A stretch of 64,000 bases of DNA from Eledone cirrhosa (GCA_964016885.1 OZ024750.1:22630001-22694000); one strand, 5' to 3'; positions 40,973 to 54,960 are shown, counted from the first letter of the stretch. A program made the numbers and translations. The notes: generated by a model from the letters alone, not told the origin.

Positions 40973-41520
40973 ATCAATTTACACCAAGCTCTCCCCCTCT
41001 ATATATCTACCATACAACACTCTCATGTATTCCCTCTAGCTACCCAGGGTAACTTAAACCACTTAACACACTTTGGCCACCCGAGGTAACATATACCACT
41101 TAATGAGTACTCTACATCCACGCCGTACTCACTTTTTAGCATCGTTTGTGTGGGAATTGAACATACATAGCCTTGTAATCTAGAGTTCAATCCACGCTCG
41201 TATGGTCATGAGTTCAATTCCAGGTGGTACTTTGTGTCCTTAAGCAAGACACTTTCCTATTGCTCCAGTTCACTAAAAAATGAGCTATATCTGTGATTCA
41301 AAGGGATAGCTTTGTCACACACTGTGTCACGCTGAAATTCCCTGCGAACTACGTTAAGGGTACACGTTCTTGTAGAATGCTTAGCCTTTGGAATATTCGT
41401 CGTCATAAGTGACGCAAGTCCAACACAATACTACATCAGGGTTGATGGCAGCATTTCTGAATGGGGAAGGGGGGGGGGGCAATTTGGTTAATTTAGTTCT
41501 TGTGATTAGTTTAGCTGTTA

Positions 41521-41696
41521 CAGGTAAAATTCTGTTATAACGAATACCATTATAATGAATTTTTCAGTATAACGAAATTTTTTTCAATCAATGGCCACAC
41601 GCTCGATGTATTTCGGTCGATCGCATTAGAACGAATTTTTCATTGCAACGAAATTTTGTTATACCCCGTGAATTTCTTTATAACGGAATTTCACTG
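41521..41696. mobile_element. Tc1/mariner-type MITE with TA TSD
   Basis: TIRs caggtaaaattctgttataa / ttataacggaatttcactg; the paralogous empty site is at ~5020-5040. Confidence 0.85.
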
Positions 41697-41829
41697 TATT
41701 ATCAAATATCAACCAAGATATATAAAAAAACTTCGATATGCGATAAACACAACACACATAAATTGTAGCGTATATACAAATAGATGTGTTTTGGTAGTTT
41801 GGAGAGAAAAATATAATTATAGGTGGGGG

Positions 41830-42300
41830 TGACAATGAACGACCCCTTTACTGCCACACTAGGAGATGTAAGTCAACTATCAACTTTTACTGTCACACTA
41901 GGGATGTAGGATAGTGAACGACCTCTTTACTGTCACACTAGGGATGTAGGATAGTGAACGACCCTTTATCACTACACTAGAGGATGTAGGCCAGTGAACG
42001 ACCTCTTTACTGTCACACTAGGGATGTAGGATAGTGAACGACCCTTTATCACTACACTAGGGGATGTAGCAAGTGAACGACCCCTTTACTGTCACACTAG
42101 GGGATGTAGCCAGTGAACGACCTCTTTACTGTCACACTAGGGGATGTAGCAAGTGAACGACCTCTTTACTGTCACACTAGGGGATGTAGGCCAGTGAACG
42201 ACCCTTTTACTCTCACACTAGGTAATATAGGCCAGTGAACGACCCCTTTATCGCCTCACTAAATAATATAAGCCAACCACTTAACAGCCACACTAGAGAA
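41830..42300. repeat. ~40-bp minisatellite, ~11 units
   Basis: Variants of gtgaacgacctctttactgtcacactaggggatgtag(c/g). Confidence 0.85.
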
Positions 42301-42302
42301 TG

Positions 42303-45064
42303 TTTATCATGGCATCAGCACTAGAGAGGTTACATATGTTCAGCCAGATTGAAGAGTCCTCTCTCCATTGTATTATCTTCATTTGATCAACAACCACATT
42401 AGAGTGTACTGGGTGCCTTTTATTATTTTAAACAGGGAGGGTAATAATTTAAAAAATGTTAGTCTCTTTTTCAGTCTAGTGGACTCATCAAAGTCAGTCT
42501 TATCCTAGTTTCATGTAATGTTAAGTGATCGAGAGTACAAGATCTACCCCTGGATGGGGCACCAGTTAATCACATAGTATTTCATTGTTTTCAGTTGAAA
42601 CCACGTGAAATAAAGTACCTTGTTCAAGGACACAATGCGCCACATCGACTGGGGATTGAACCTAAAACCTTAAGGTCATGAGACTAATACTCTATATTCT
42701 GGGTTCAATTCTGACTGAGGTCTACCTGGGTACTTACTTTGTCTCCCTGTTTTAACACCACTATCTGGACATTGGGCACTTTTAGCAGAGTCCACTCTAT
42801 TTCAGGCATTCGGGCCACATCCCTGCTTTGAGAATATCTTCCTTTCTCCTTACCTTTCACTAGTTTTGGAGATGATTACCAAACATGATTGGTTGTGTTT
42901 TAGAACTATTTCAGCTTCTAAGTCCTTCAGTATTCTAAGTCTATGTATTTCTACAATACAGATGGAGGCACACAACAGGGATAATTATATGGTCTATGCC
43001 ACTGCCATAGTGGTACAGTGCTAATATACCCCACAGTGGTGGTAGAGGGCTAATCAAGTGGTCTATATCCTCCACAGGGGTGGTAGAGGGCTAATTAAGT
43101 GGTCTGTTACTGCCATAGTGTAGATGGTATATGAAATGGTCTGTATCTCCTGCTGTGACCATAGAGGGCTCAATAGGCTGCTTATATCTCCATGTGTAGC
43201 CACAAATGGCTTGTTTGGGGGACTATGTATACCCGTGTAGAAGGTTTATTAAGTGTCTAATGTCCCCAGCATGACCTGAGAGGCTTCATTTAGTGAGGTA
43301 CCTTCCTCAGTGTGACTTGAGGGACTATTAAATATGGTACCATCCTTCGAATGATGGCAGAGGTTTCATTAAGGGTGGTACCTTCTTTACAGTGACAGTA
43401 GAGTCTTTAAGTGTGGTACTTTCCTCAGTGTGGCAGTAGAGGGACCATTAAGTAAGGTACCTTTCTCGGTGTGATAGTAGAGTCTTTATTAAGTGTGGTA
43501 CCTTCCTTACTGTGACAGTAGAGTCTTTATTAAGTGTGGTACCTTGCTTACTGTGACAATAGGGTATTTAATTAACAATTTGTGACTCCAACTGGTAGCA
43601 TAGACAATTTTATTATACCTGTGCAGCCTTCATCTGTGGACATAAACCACACAATTCTCCCTCTACAGCCCTGGAAGAGGCATAAGACACTTAAGCCTGA
43701 AGGCCTTGACTCGTACATGGTCTTAAATCAGCCTTGTTCAGCATCGTCAAGGGGATATAGGCCACTCTGATAGCCTTGAAAAGACCTGGTAGGGAATGTG
43801 GAGCATTTAATTAACTCTGTACAGCCTGATATGGGAGTATAGGCCACGTTAATAGTCTTGTATGGACTCAATGAGAAAGAAAGGCTATTTAATTAGTCCT
43901 ATATGGCCCATTATAGGGACATAATTATCTCTGTATGACTTGGGTGGAAGATCTAGATCACTAAATTAGTCCTGAATATCTTCAGCAAGAAACACATTTC
44001 TTAATTAGGCCTGCACAATTACACCAGTGACAGTGTCAACTTAATTAGCCCATACCACACCTGTGGTGGTGGGGGGGGGGGGGTTATAGATTACTTAATT
44101 AGCCCTGAATACCACGGCTGTGGCATGGGTCACATAATTAGCCCTGTACCACACCTCCGTTGGGGGGAAGGCATAGATTACTTAATTAGCCCTATACCAC
44201 TATAACAGTGACATAGACCCCATAATTATCACTGTACCACTATGGCAGTAACAGACCACTTAATTAGCCCTCTACCATCCCTGTGGAGGATATAGACCAC
44301 TTGATTAGCCCTCTACCACCACTGTGGGGTATATTAGCACTGTACCACTATGGCAGTGGCATAGACCATATAATTATCCCTGCTGTGTGCCTCCATCTGT
44401 ATTGTAGAAATACATAGACTTAGAATACTGAAGGACTTAGAAGCTGAAATAGTTCTAAAACACAACCAATCATGTTTGGTAATCATCTCCAAAACTAGTG
44501 AAAGGTAAGGAGAAAGGAAGATATTCTCAAAGCAGGGATGTGGCCCGAATGCCTGAAATAGAGTGGACTCTGCTAAAAGTGCCCAATGTCCAGATAGTGG
44601 TGTTAAAACAGGGAGACAAAGTAAGTACCCAGGTAGACCTCAGTCAGAATTGAACCAAGAATATAGAGTATTAGTCTCATGACCTTAAGGTTTTAGGTTC
44701 AATCCCCAGTCGATGTGGCACATTGTGTCCTTGAACAAGGTACTTTATTTTACGTGGTTCCAACCTACTCAACTGAAAACAATGAAATACTATGTGATTA
44801 ACTGGTGCCCCATCCAGGGGTAGATCTTGTACTCTCGATCACTTAACATTACATGAAACTAGGATAAGACTGGCTTTGATGAGTCCACTAGACTGAAAAA
44901 GAGACTAAAATCTTTTTAATTATTACCCTCCCTGTTTAAAATAATAAAAGGCACCCAGTACACTCTAATGTGGTTGTTGATCAAATGAAGATAATACAAT
45001 GGAAAGAGGACTCTTCAATCTGGCTGAACAAATGTAACCTCTCTAGTGCTGATGCCATGATAAA
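42303..45064. repeat. Long inverted repeat: arms 42303-43120 and 44238-45064, ~1.1-kb spacer
   Basis: Arms are reverse complements with a few substitutions and one ~9-bp indel; the spacer is degenerate ~40-bp repeats. Confidence 0.92.
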
Positions 45065-45689
45065 ATGCACCCAGTATACCTTGTCCAGTGGTTGTTATTA
45101 AGAAAGTCATCTAACCATAGAAACCATGCCAAATATAGAACATATGAGCAATATGGGGTCTCTAAGACTGTCACAATTTGTCCAACCCCTGCCAGCATGG
45201 AAAGTGGACATATAATGAAGATGATGATTTGTTATGTTTAAATTTTCTATCATCATTGTCATTTTTACATCTATTTTCCCATGCTAAGATAGGTTAGATC
45301 AATTCTCTCCAGTTCTGCATACCCCCATTTGTCTCTTTCCTTTGTTATCTTCTATATCTTTACAAATTAAAAAATTCTTTGTAAGAAAAATAAATAGTAT
45401 TTTTATATGGAAAATTTTCATATTTTTTAATTCAAATGAAAATTTTTTTGTCCTATCCAATATACTTCAGAAGAATTTTTACCATTGTATTGTGGTAAGA
45501 ATTAAACACAGAATAATTACATATAAAACAAACAAAATAAGGAATAAAACAAGAGAAAAAAAACAAGATAAAAAACATTCCAGTTTTCAATTTCTTTTAG
45601 TAATAAAAAGTCACAAAGAGTAACTTTTATGGTGGATATTAAACACTTTATAGTTATTAAATAATAATAATGATTTCAATAATAATAAT

Positions 45690-46370
45690 GGTTTCTAATT
45701 TAGGCACAAGACCAGTAGTTTTGGGGGGAGGAGGAGGAAGTCGATTAAATCACCCCAGTACTTTATTTTTTATTGACCCCCGCAAGGGTTAAAGGCAAAG
45801 TCAGCCTCGGTGGGATTTGAACTCAGAATGTAAAGAGTCAGAACTAAATACCAAAAGACATTTTGTTTGACACTTCACTAATATTATAATAATAATAATT
45901 GTTTCTATTTTAGGCACAAGGCCAGCAATTTGAAGGGAAGGGGAAAGTCAATTAAATCGACTCCAGTGCATTACTGGTACTTTATTTTATCGACCCCGTA
46001 AGGATGAAAGGCAAAGCTAACCTTGGCAGGATTTGAACTCAGAATGTAAAAGAGTCAGAACTAAATACAAAAAAAATATTTTGTTTGACACTTTACTAAT
46101 ATTGCCATAATAATAATAATAACAACAACAACAACAACAACAATACTGTTTTGTAATTTAGGCGCAAAGCCAGCAATTTGGGGAGAGTTGGGGTTAGCTG
46201 ATTAAATCGACCCCAGTACTGGACTGGTACTTTATTTTATTAACCCCCGGCAAGGATTAAAGGCAAAGTTGGCCTTGGTGGGATTTGAACACAGAATGTA
46301 AAAAGTCAGAACTAAATACCAAAAAGATATTTTGTTCAACACTCTATAAAATTACCATCCACTGCCTTGC
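45690..46370 (-). mobile_element. Three tandem MetaSINE-like SINEs with (ATT)/(GTT) tails
   Basis: gtttctaatttaggcacaag...ggatttgaactcagaatgtaaa repeated at ~45690, 45900 and 46150. Confidence 0.8.
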
Positions 46371-46758
46371 TAATAATAATGATAATAATAACAACAATAA
46401 TAATAACAATAATAATGATCATAATAACCAAACAACTAATGACTGTAGCATCACTTTAATAAGTCCTTATCACTATTTCTGAACATAGTGAGTGATGCTT
46501 TAATTTTGATTCTATTTCTGACATGCTTTATGTAAAGTAATTCAAAGAAACCAAGTATTAATATATTGGTTTATGTCAGAAATAGAATTTTTTCTTTTAG
46601 TAATTAAAAATTATAGAGGATTCAGCTCCTTTATTTTATTTATATATTTATATTTATTTACATATACATATATATATACAAATATATATGTATGTGTATA
46701 TATATATATCTGTATGTGTGTGTGTGTATCTAAATATCTGTGTATGTGTCTGTGTATG

Positions 46759-46836
<78 letters not shown>

Positions 46837-47061
46837 CATGTGTGTATATATATGTATGTATATATATATATATATATGTGTATGTATGTATATATATATA
46901 TATATATACGGTATGTATGTATGTATATATATATATATATATGTGGGTGTGTATGTGTATGTATGTATATATACATATATGTATGTATATATATGTGCAT
47001 GTGTGTTTGTATAGAGTTACCAAAATTACTAAATAACAGTGATGTTGCAACAAACTTAATT

Positions 47062-48399
47062 TCAGTTACCAAAATCACTGATAGTACTGTTGTGCCGGGT
47101 TTTCCGCAGCCCTAAATCATTTTCATTTGAACTTTTGACAGAACTTGATAATGCAGCAGTTTTGTTAAAGTCTATTTCAGCATAACTTTCTGTACGTTTG
47201 CCTGGAGATTCAGGGAAGGAGGAGAAGCTTAAGGGTGATGTCGGTGACACACAGCCACCGGTGGACAGGTTGTCGGAACTCCTATTTAAATCTAGCTGTA
47301 TGTATGTCACTTTGCGGCCTTCATTGCTGGCCTGTGGTACTGGAGGAGGGGGTGGTAAAGGGTGAAAGGGCTGCGTCTGCACCAAGCACAGCGGTACTTG
47401 TTGCAACTGTTGCCCAGCTTGTTTTAATTGAACTTGATGCACTGAAGCTTGCTGGCTGTTACTGGGAGTGGACAAACAAGGAGAAACTGCTACGGAGACA
47501 ACATTTGACGTAGGCAACACAGGGCTATTGTGGATTGATACGTTGGCATAATTACAGTCACCAGTCGTCAGAGTATTCAAAGTCAAACCCTCACGGTCAA
47601 CTTCTCCATTACAATCTGCGGTTACGTTTATGTAGTTTGGATTGCCCATCTGGTCTCCAGCAACGTCTGTGAACACTTCAGGGTCGGCATAGTTACCATT
47701 GCCATCGGCAATCATGTCCGCTTGAGAATCAATACTGTCATCACAAAGATTTTCTGTACTCTTGGGTAAATCCAAGACAGCATAATTAACAGCTGAGTCT
47801 TGTAAAATAACACATACCTCCATCTCAAGAAGAGGTGTTGTACTGTCTGTAACGCCAGAATGCATCTGAGGCATGGCATTGATATAATCATGACTAGTGT
47901 TGTCTGCAACAGTGGAACCATTCACATAAAGACGCATACCGTTGTTACAACGTATCAGACCATTCTGAGGCAATCGATTTGATATCATCATTCCATTGTG
48001 ATCGGGGTTTTCTATCATGGAATTTGGACGACTATGAAGTCGATTGGTACTGCCAAGGTGGCTCTGGTTTGCTCGTTCCTCTTGTCCAGCGCGCTGAATA
48101 CATTCTTGAACCAGATTAAACAATTCTTCAGCATGCTGGCACTTGAAAGCAAATATAGCAGGTCCAGTTGGGCAACGTCGACCACTTTCAAACGAAAAGA
48201 GTTCTGCATCACAGCCATAACGCCGCAGACAACGAACTGGCCATCGAACAGTCTCTTTACCTTTTTGGTATAAGATCAAATCCTGTTCCCCCACTTCTAT
48301 CTTGCCAGCATTCAGCTCAAGTCCATTGTCATCAACATTGTACACACGGAATACACGCCTAGCGGGGTTAATATCTCTACGAGAATATATGCACCCCAT
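47062..48399 (-). CDS. FRS2: Fibroblast growth factor receptor substrate 2/3 homologue (445 aa), single coding exon
   Basis: N-myristoylation start MGCIYS; IRS-type PTB domain ([10 protein letters not shown]...W...[30 protein letters not shown]); YxN motifs (YVN, YIN x2, YAN); TYIQL and SYAEI motifs; C-terminal RKTRHNST as in FRS2. ATG context aaaATGG. The track's 48462 start lies in the intron. Confidence 0.95.
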   Translation of the reverse strand: MGCIYSRRDINPARRVFRVYNVDDNGLELNAGKIEVGEQDLILYQKGKETVRWPVRCLRRYGCDAELFSFESGRRCPTGPAIFAFKCQHAEELFNLVQECIQRAGQEERANQSHLGSTNRLHSRPNSMIENPDHNGMMISNRLPQNGLIRCNNGMRLYVNGSTVADNTSHDYINAMPQMHSGVTDSTTPLLEMEVCVILQDSAVNYAVLDLPKSTENLCDDSIDSQADMIADGNGNYADPEVFTDVAGDQMGNPNYINVTADCNGEVDREGLTLNTLTTGDCNYANVSIHNSPVLPTSNVVSVAVSPCLSTPSNSQQASVHQVQLKQAGQQLQQVPLCLVQTQPFHPLPPPPPVPQASNEGRKVTYIQLDLNRSSDNLSTGGCVSPTSPLSFSSFPESPGKRTESYAEIDFNKTAALSSSVKSSNENDLGLRKTRHNSTISDFGN

Positions 48400-48436
48400 T
48401 TTGGTTTGTTTTGCCCCTACCCCCTTTTCAAATGTT

Positions 48437-48460
48437 CTGAAAAAGAAAAAGAAATATATC
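48437..48460 (-). other. Splice acceptor upstream of the FRS2 ATG
   Basis: Minus strand atatttctttttctttttcag|aacatttg; the exon starts at 48436, 37 nt before the ATG. Confidence 0.8.
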
Positions 48461-50699
48461 ACATATATATTAATTGCTTAATAAATATTCGAATATTGCA
48501 GCAAAAATTAATATAAGAAAACTGCAACTCAAATAATATATATCCTAATTATCATCACTATATAACAACTATTTTCCAAGCTTGTGTGTATATATCACTT
48601 GTAAGTTTATAATGACAATAGGCAGAGCTTTCCTTGTAGTGGTGAATTTGAGTTATTGTGTGGCTGTGAGCCATGATAGAGGTGCTATTAATTAAACAAA
48701 ACACTTATTAATTTATTTAATTTTCTCTAGAGTCAAATAAATTAATGAATGTTTTATTTAGTTTCTGAGATAAAAGCCTGGCTAACTGAAATATTATAGT
48801 CCTGAGATAGAGGTGAAATCTCACTGTGAAGTTAATTAGTTAGAAACATTTTAGAGGCCATAAACATAATAGATAATCACTAGTTAGGCACAACATAGTT
48901 TGTATTTAGAAAATTTAAGACAAATGTAATGTCGATATAACTACAATTTATATGCTTTCCTGTGAAAACAAACAAATGTGAAAAACATTGTTATTCTCTT
49001 TGTACAGAGAGAATGGTTTCTAATCTAGGCACCAAGCCTGTAATTTGAGGAGAGGGGAAAGTTGATTATATCAATCCCAGTACTTGACTGGTACTTTATT
49101 CTATCAACTCTGGAAGTGTGATTTGAAATCAGACTATAAAGAACAAGAACAAATGCCACAAAACATTTTATCCTACACTCTTACAATTCTTCCAATTAAT
49201 GCACAAAGAATAATAGAATGTTTTTCATATTTGTTTATGTTTACAAAGCAATACTTATAAATTGTAGTTATTCTTACATTAAATTTGGTTTACATAAAAA
49301 TTATTCTTTTTTAAATTAAGAGAATAGGGAATAGAAAGAAGTGTTCAATACAAATTTCAAAGTCAAGAAACCTCAGAATTTTAAGGAATGGTAATGGAAA
49401 GCTCATTTTTCTTTGTTTTTTTTTTTCAAAAGATGTTAACAACGTCAGTGGAGAAAAGCACAGTTTTCTTTAAGTTGTCACCATGGTGATGTCATCTTTC
49501 AAATAATAGCTAAATAATATTAGATATTACCAACCATTAGTCATTAGTGATACATATAACCCATTGCCCAGTTTACCATTACCATCTGGTATTGAGTTGT
49601 AGATTTAATCCATCACTTAGTTAAACACAACCACTAGGTCCTTGGGTGTTTTTAGTGGAGTTTGCTCTGTTTTGAGAATCTCTCTCCCACCCACCCAGTT
49701 TTGGAGAATCTGAAAAAGGTTATATGGGTATTGCCTTTCCTTTCCTTACTAAATAGTAAAAAATGAAAAGAAAAAAAAACTTTATCAGGTGGGCTGTTAT
49801 GCTATGTGGTCACCCGACCTATCGCGTCTCAGAACACGACAACCTGTCCAACCCATGCTAGCGTGGAAAACGTAAAACGATGATGCTGATACAATTCCTA
49901 ATTTCTTAGGTTGTTGTGTTTGTTTATTTGGCTAAGTTAACGACTTATTTTTATGGGTTTAGTTGTAGTAGATTCACTAAAAGTAATTAGTTAATAGATA
50001 TTTGTTTTCACAGGATGTAAAATTATATCGAACTCGACCAGATGTGAATTATGTGTAAGCATGAGAAACGGAAGCTGAGGAAAGTTGCATTAAAGGGAGT
50101 TAACTCTATTTATCCTATTTGATATTTTCTTCCACACATGTTTGTTCAGTTAGACAGGAAATAACATTAATGATGATGGCTTATAAATTCTCCACAGCGA
50201 GGAATAAACTACGACCTAGTTCTCTGCTTTAGCAAAAAGAACTTCACATAAATTTAGGCCATTACATAAGAGTCTGCAAAACCAAGAACCACAGCTCCAC
50301 TTCCACACAACACCATTAAAATAACATACAAATGAATATGAATATATATATATAAACTGCATAATTTGCTAAGAATTAGTAATAGATACTCTAGCTGTAA
50401 AGATATATTGTACAGCAATCGAAGAGTGTAGGTGTACCAATTAACAATGCATAATTAGATAGCACTGTTCAACGCAGATTCAATTTGTGTATTGTTATAA
50501 TCTATTTTGGAATTGTGCATATTCGGCGAGTGACTTGGTCGGAGACTGTTTGTTAGAACTAAAGCAATTACATCGTGAAAGATTCAATTTAGTCATTCAA
50601 AATAAATGTAAAGTTAATATATTTTGTGTATGTGTATAATGGTTTAAATTACTTTTACGGCGCAATTGCTATTATAAATTAACTTTTAACTACTTATAG

Positions 50700-50992
50700 C
50701 AGTGATTCTCAACGTGAGGCACACGCCCCACAGGGAAGGAATTTTAGTATAGTGAGGGACAATTTGAAAGTGATATAATACGACCAAACTTCCAGTTACA
50801 CTTGGTGTATCTGGCAGCACCTAAGAGCAGTTTGTTTACACTTTGGAGTTTATTTTGATCATCGCTGTATCGCATGTCACCGATCGCTGGCGCACTTTTA
50901 CAAAACTCAGTTTGTTTTTAGATCAAAGGGGGACATAAACATTTTTTAGATGTTGAGGTGGAGCATGGAGCAAAAATGGTTGGGAACCATTG
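50700..50992. mobile_element. hAT-type MITE with 8-bp TSD
   Basis: acttatag-CAGTGATTCTCAAC...GTTGGGAACCATTG-acttatag; Charlie/MER5-like TIRs. Confidence 0.85.
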
Positions 50993-51830
50993 ACTTATAG
51001 TCATCACCATCATTGTTTAACGTCCTTTTTTTTTCAACACTGGCATGGGTTGGACGGGTTATCACAGGCCAAGTCAGTACTTAACTAGAACTACTGATTG
51101 CGGGGAGCAGCATCTTGCTTGAACGCGTTCCAGCACTTTATAGTAGCTTACGAATATTTAATTCCTCGTCTTAAATAATACAATAATGGGGTTTTTAATG
51201 GTCTTAAATGTTACCAGTAAGCCAGCAAACTTGATTGAACTAATTGTTCAGTTTCCCTGCTTTGGATAAACGCAGTATTATTTATGTTTTCATATTTAAC
51301 CACTTACTCGAGATTTCAAAATATTATACCAAAACTGAAAGTTAGGTCGTTTGAAAGAAAATATTGCCTACACACGAGAAAAGAAAAGCCCATTTCTCAT
51401 TAGTTTATGAATTATACATACATAGGTATTCTTTAGATATCATGATGTTACCCACATGTTTCTTTGCTTTCTGCTAAATTTGTTTCCCTCCTCCAACAAA
51501 ATTGCAAACAAACTAAAAACACCATTCAGAGTAACCTTCCTTAGTTACTCTGATGGCAAAGGGAGAGAACTTTATTTTTTCAACGTTGATGTAAGAAGTC
51601 TATTAAATTTGAAGACAGTATACTTGTTGAAATTGATGTATCGACTGAAGACAGATATAAGATCTGCCTTCAAGAAACCACTGGTAAATGAAATAATTAT
51701 CTTATGTTGTTTATTACATAACTAAAAAAAAAAGTATATATATATATATATATATATATATTTGGTATATACAGCTGTGTAATACATATTTGATATGTAA
51801 AATTGTAGATATATTTTGGTGTATACAGCA

Positions 51831-51869
<39 letters not shown>

Positions 51870-51872
<3 letters not shown>

Positions 51873-51945
51873 GGTGTCCCAAAAATGTATACATGCTTTG
51901 ATTAGAATGCTATTGAAGTGTGTATACATTTTGGGGGACACCCTA
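51870..51945. mobile_element. Tiny Tc1/mariner-type MITE in (TA)n
   Basis: cagggtgtcccaaaaatgtataca / tgtatacattttgggggacaccct inverted ends flanked by TA. Confidence 0.7.
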
Positions 51946-53499
51946 TATATATATAAATATACATAGTTAATATATATAGTTAATATGCACAAATGCATTT
52001 GGTGTAAACAGCCATACCTATCTTTGATATGTACAGTTGTATGTATATATTTCTTGTATATAGATTTGGTATGCACAGCTGATCATCATCATTTTATATC
52101 TGCTTTCCATGCTGGCATGGGCCTGAACAAACTATTATTATCTGAGACTAGACACAGAGAAACCCATCTTGTTTGTTATGTTCCATATTTGGCATTGTTT
52201 CTATGACTGGATGCCCTTCCTAACGCCTACCACTTTACAAAGTGTACTGGGTGCATTTTGTTGCGGCATCAACACTAACACTTTACAAGTATATTGACTG
52301 CATTTTATCAGGGCACCAACACCAGAGGGGTTATCACATGCTAGGCCTAAGTGAATAAATAACCCTCTCAAACCTTGTTCAATTATCAAACACTGTAGCC
52401 TCCAATCTCTTACTATATTTACTTTCAGTGTCATAGTGTTTGTGCTATAACATTTCATGTATACAACTTTATATATAATATTTTATGTGTTGATTATTGA
52501 GAGAAAGTGCATTAACTATTTGATGGTGTCTGCTTACGGTGTAATGGAAAAAGTCTGGCAATTTAAATGTTATGAATAGAACAAATCACTTGAGAGAAGA
52601 TATCAACTGCTGTCTCCTCAGCCAGCATGGACTTTATGTTATATAACTAATGTTAAAAAGGATCATTATCATCATTGTTTTTACATCTGATTTTTCCATG
52701 CTGGCATGGGTTGGTGAGATTATGTCAAGGCAGGATTCAATGACCAGATGCCCTTCATGATGCCCTTCATGATGCCAACACCTATAATAGATACTAAGAT
52801 ACTAAGTCCACTGGTGTTTATGCATCAAACCACTGAGCTGTAGGACATATTGCTTATGTGAAATATAAACATTATTGGCCATCTAAACAATGTCAATGTG
52901 AAGATACATGGAAACACAAATTTCAAGACAGGCTTCCTCACAGTTTCCATCTACTAAATTTCACTCATAGCTCATTGCTAGATATGATGCTATAGTAGAT
53001 ACATTTGCCCAAGGTGATGTACTGTGTGACTGAACCTAAAACCACATGTTTGTTAGGCAAACCTCTCAACCACACAGCCATGCCTATGTCTATAACATTT
53101 TAATACACCAAAACTAGTTAACTACTTTTTATAATCATTAAAATATTAAGTAGTACTTACATTACATGGAAATAACCACATCATGTGGTGTGTTGGGAGT
53201 TTGACTGGCAGTAGTGGAATCTCCCTTAGGCTTTCAGCTATCATCAGGCAAACACTTGATGAAATAAAATAGAAAATAGAAAAAACCTTGTTTAAGAATT
53301 GAATTTCAGAAGAGATATTGAAGAGAGTAAAAACAACTTCAAAAACAGACATTTCTTTTTTTCCTCTGCAAATTGATTTTGTCATTTCAAAAAATATTTT
53401 TTTCTTATCTAATAATATATATATATATATATATATCATCACCATCATCATCATCGTTTAACGTCCATTTATCAATGCTTGCATAGGTGAGACAATTTG

Positions 53500-54120
53500 G
53501 CTACATTATGAAACAAGCCTGACCAGTTGGCCAACCATGTTTACAGTGTGGAACTAGGTGGTTGGTCCTGTTGTGAAACAATTCTGACCAGATGACTGCA
53601 CTGTACCTTGCACAAATTGGGACTGTGTATTAGCTGGGTTTTTATGGCTGCTGGAAGCCCTTCCTACCACCAACCATCATTACATTGTGATACTGGGTTG
53701 CACTGTTATGAGGAGGGTCTGTCCAGTTGGTTGTGCCATACCTTGCTCACAGTGGAACCGTACTTTGGGAGCTGGGTGGTCCCATTATGAGGGAAGTCTA
53801 GCCAGTTGGCCATGCCGTACACTGCTCATAGTGGAATCGTGAAACTGAATGGTTGCATTATGAGGTAGGTCTGGCCAGTTGGCCGCGTCATACCCTGCTC
53901 ATAACAGGAGCTGTCTTTTGGGTGGTATTTTTATGGCTGTTGGATGCCTTTCCTAACACCAACCACATTTACAGAGTGGGACTGAATGGCAAGTCTAGCC
54001 AGTGGATCCATATTAGAGGAGCTGGGTGGGCATGTTATGAGGGAGATCAGGCTGGTTAGCCATGCTGGGACCTGTGTTGCTCATAGTGGAACCATGTTTT
54101 TTGCTGGGATTTTATAATAG
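53500..54120. repeat. Degenerate tandem repeat interleaved with SINE pieces
   Basis: Recurring cattatgagg.aggtctggccagttggccatgccatac.ctgctcatagtggaacc. Confidence 0.6.
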
Positions 54121-54143
54121 CTGTATATATATATATATATATA

Positions 54144-54283
54144 TAGAAAAAGAGTCAGGATCCCAACGACCGGAGCTTAGCTGTCTGGGTCCTGACTCTT
54201 TTCCTATTACCCACTCTACTACCCAAAGTATCGAGTACTCTGGTGCGATATGGTCCACCTGGTTCCTTACCACATTTCCTTTG

Positions 54284-54285
<2 letters not shown>
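54144..54285 (+). mobile_element. Fold-back element, family A (short)
   Basis: gaaaaagagtcaggatcc...gggtcctgactcttttcc plus the shared tail; flanked by (TA)n. Confidence 0.7.
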
Positions 54286-54329
<44 letters not shown>

Positions 54330-54529
54330 CACATACATACATAAAATTTAACTTGGATTTTCTAACATACAGTGTTTTGTGCATATGTATTTAATTATAT
54401 ATGGATAGTGAGGGCAATAAAGTAAATCCTTAGTTTAATAGATCTAGATTTAATAGACCAAACTATCCCACTACTACAGTCCCAGTAAAATAATATTCCA
54501 CTACACTGTCAAATGTGAGGTGAAAATAA

Positions 54530-54960
54530 CCTAGAAAAAAGTCCAGGGAGCTACTCTTTCTGCTGGCAATAAATGCTTCCTTTGGTTGAAGGATAGATTG
54601 TATGACACTTGTGTACATAGTGTAATGTTGCATGGTAGTGAGGCATGGGCATTGAATGTTGAGGATGTGTAAAGGCTGGAAAGATATGTTATGAACATGC
54701 TCCATTGGATGTGAAATGTCTGAGAGTGAAGAACGGAGCATAAAATGAACTGAGAGAAAAACTGGATATAAGAGGAATCGGATGTAGTTTGTAGCAAAAG
54801 AGAAGACTGGACTGGTAGAGACATCTTGTGTATGGATGATGGCTGTTGGGTCAAGAAGTTCTAAGTAATCCAAGTAGAAGGAGCTTGTTGAAGATGAAGG
54901 CTGAACCTTACAAAAGAGATAACAAAGGACTGCAACAAGTGGCATGCTGTATTAGAAAAA
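54530..54960 (+). mobile_element. Old RTE-clade LINE fragment
   Basis: LKDRLYDTCVHSVMLHGSEAWALNVEDV*RLER...MLHWM matches the RTE L(Y/H)GSE.W motif. Confidence 0.7.

Noticed and set aside
42303-45064. Long inverted repeat as TIRs of an autonomous DNA transposon
   Set aside because: No TSD, no ORF in the spacer, and the arms contain old SINE debris continuous with flanking DNA.
48400-48462. N-terminal extension MIYFFFFFRTF... of the FRS2 ORF
   Set aside because: Runs through the polypyrimidine tract and acceptor; the myristoylation motif requires MG at 48399.
53225-53252. Minus-strand CTGATGA-tagct-GAAA
   Set aside because: No stem II or stem I; consistent with chance.
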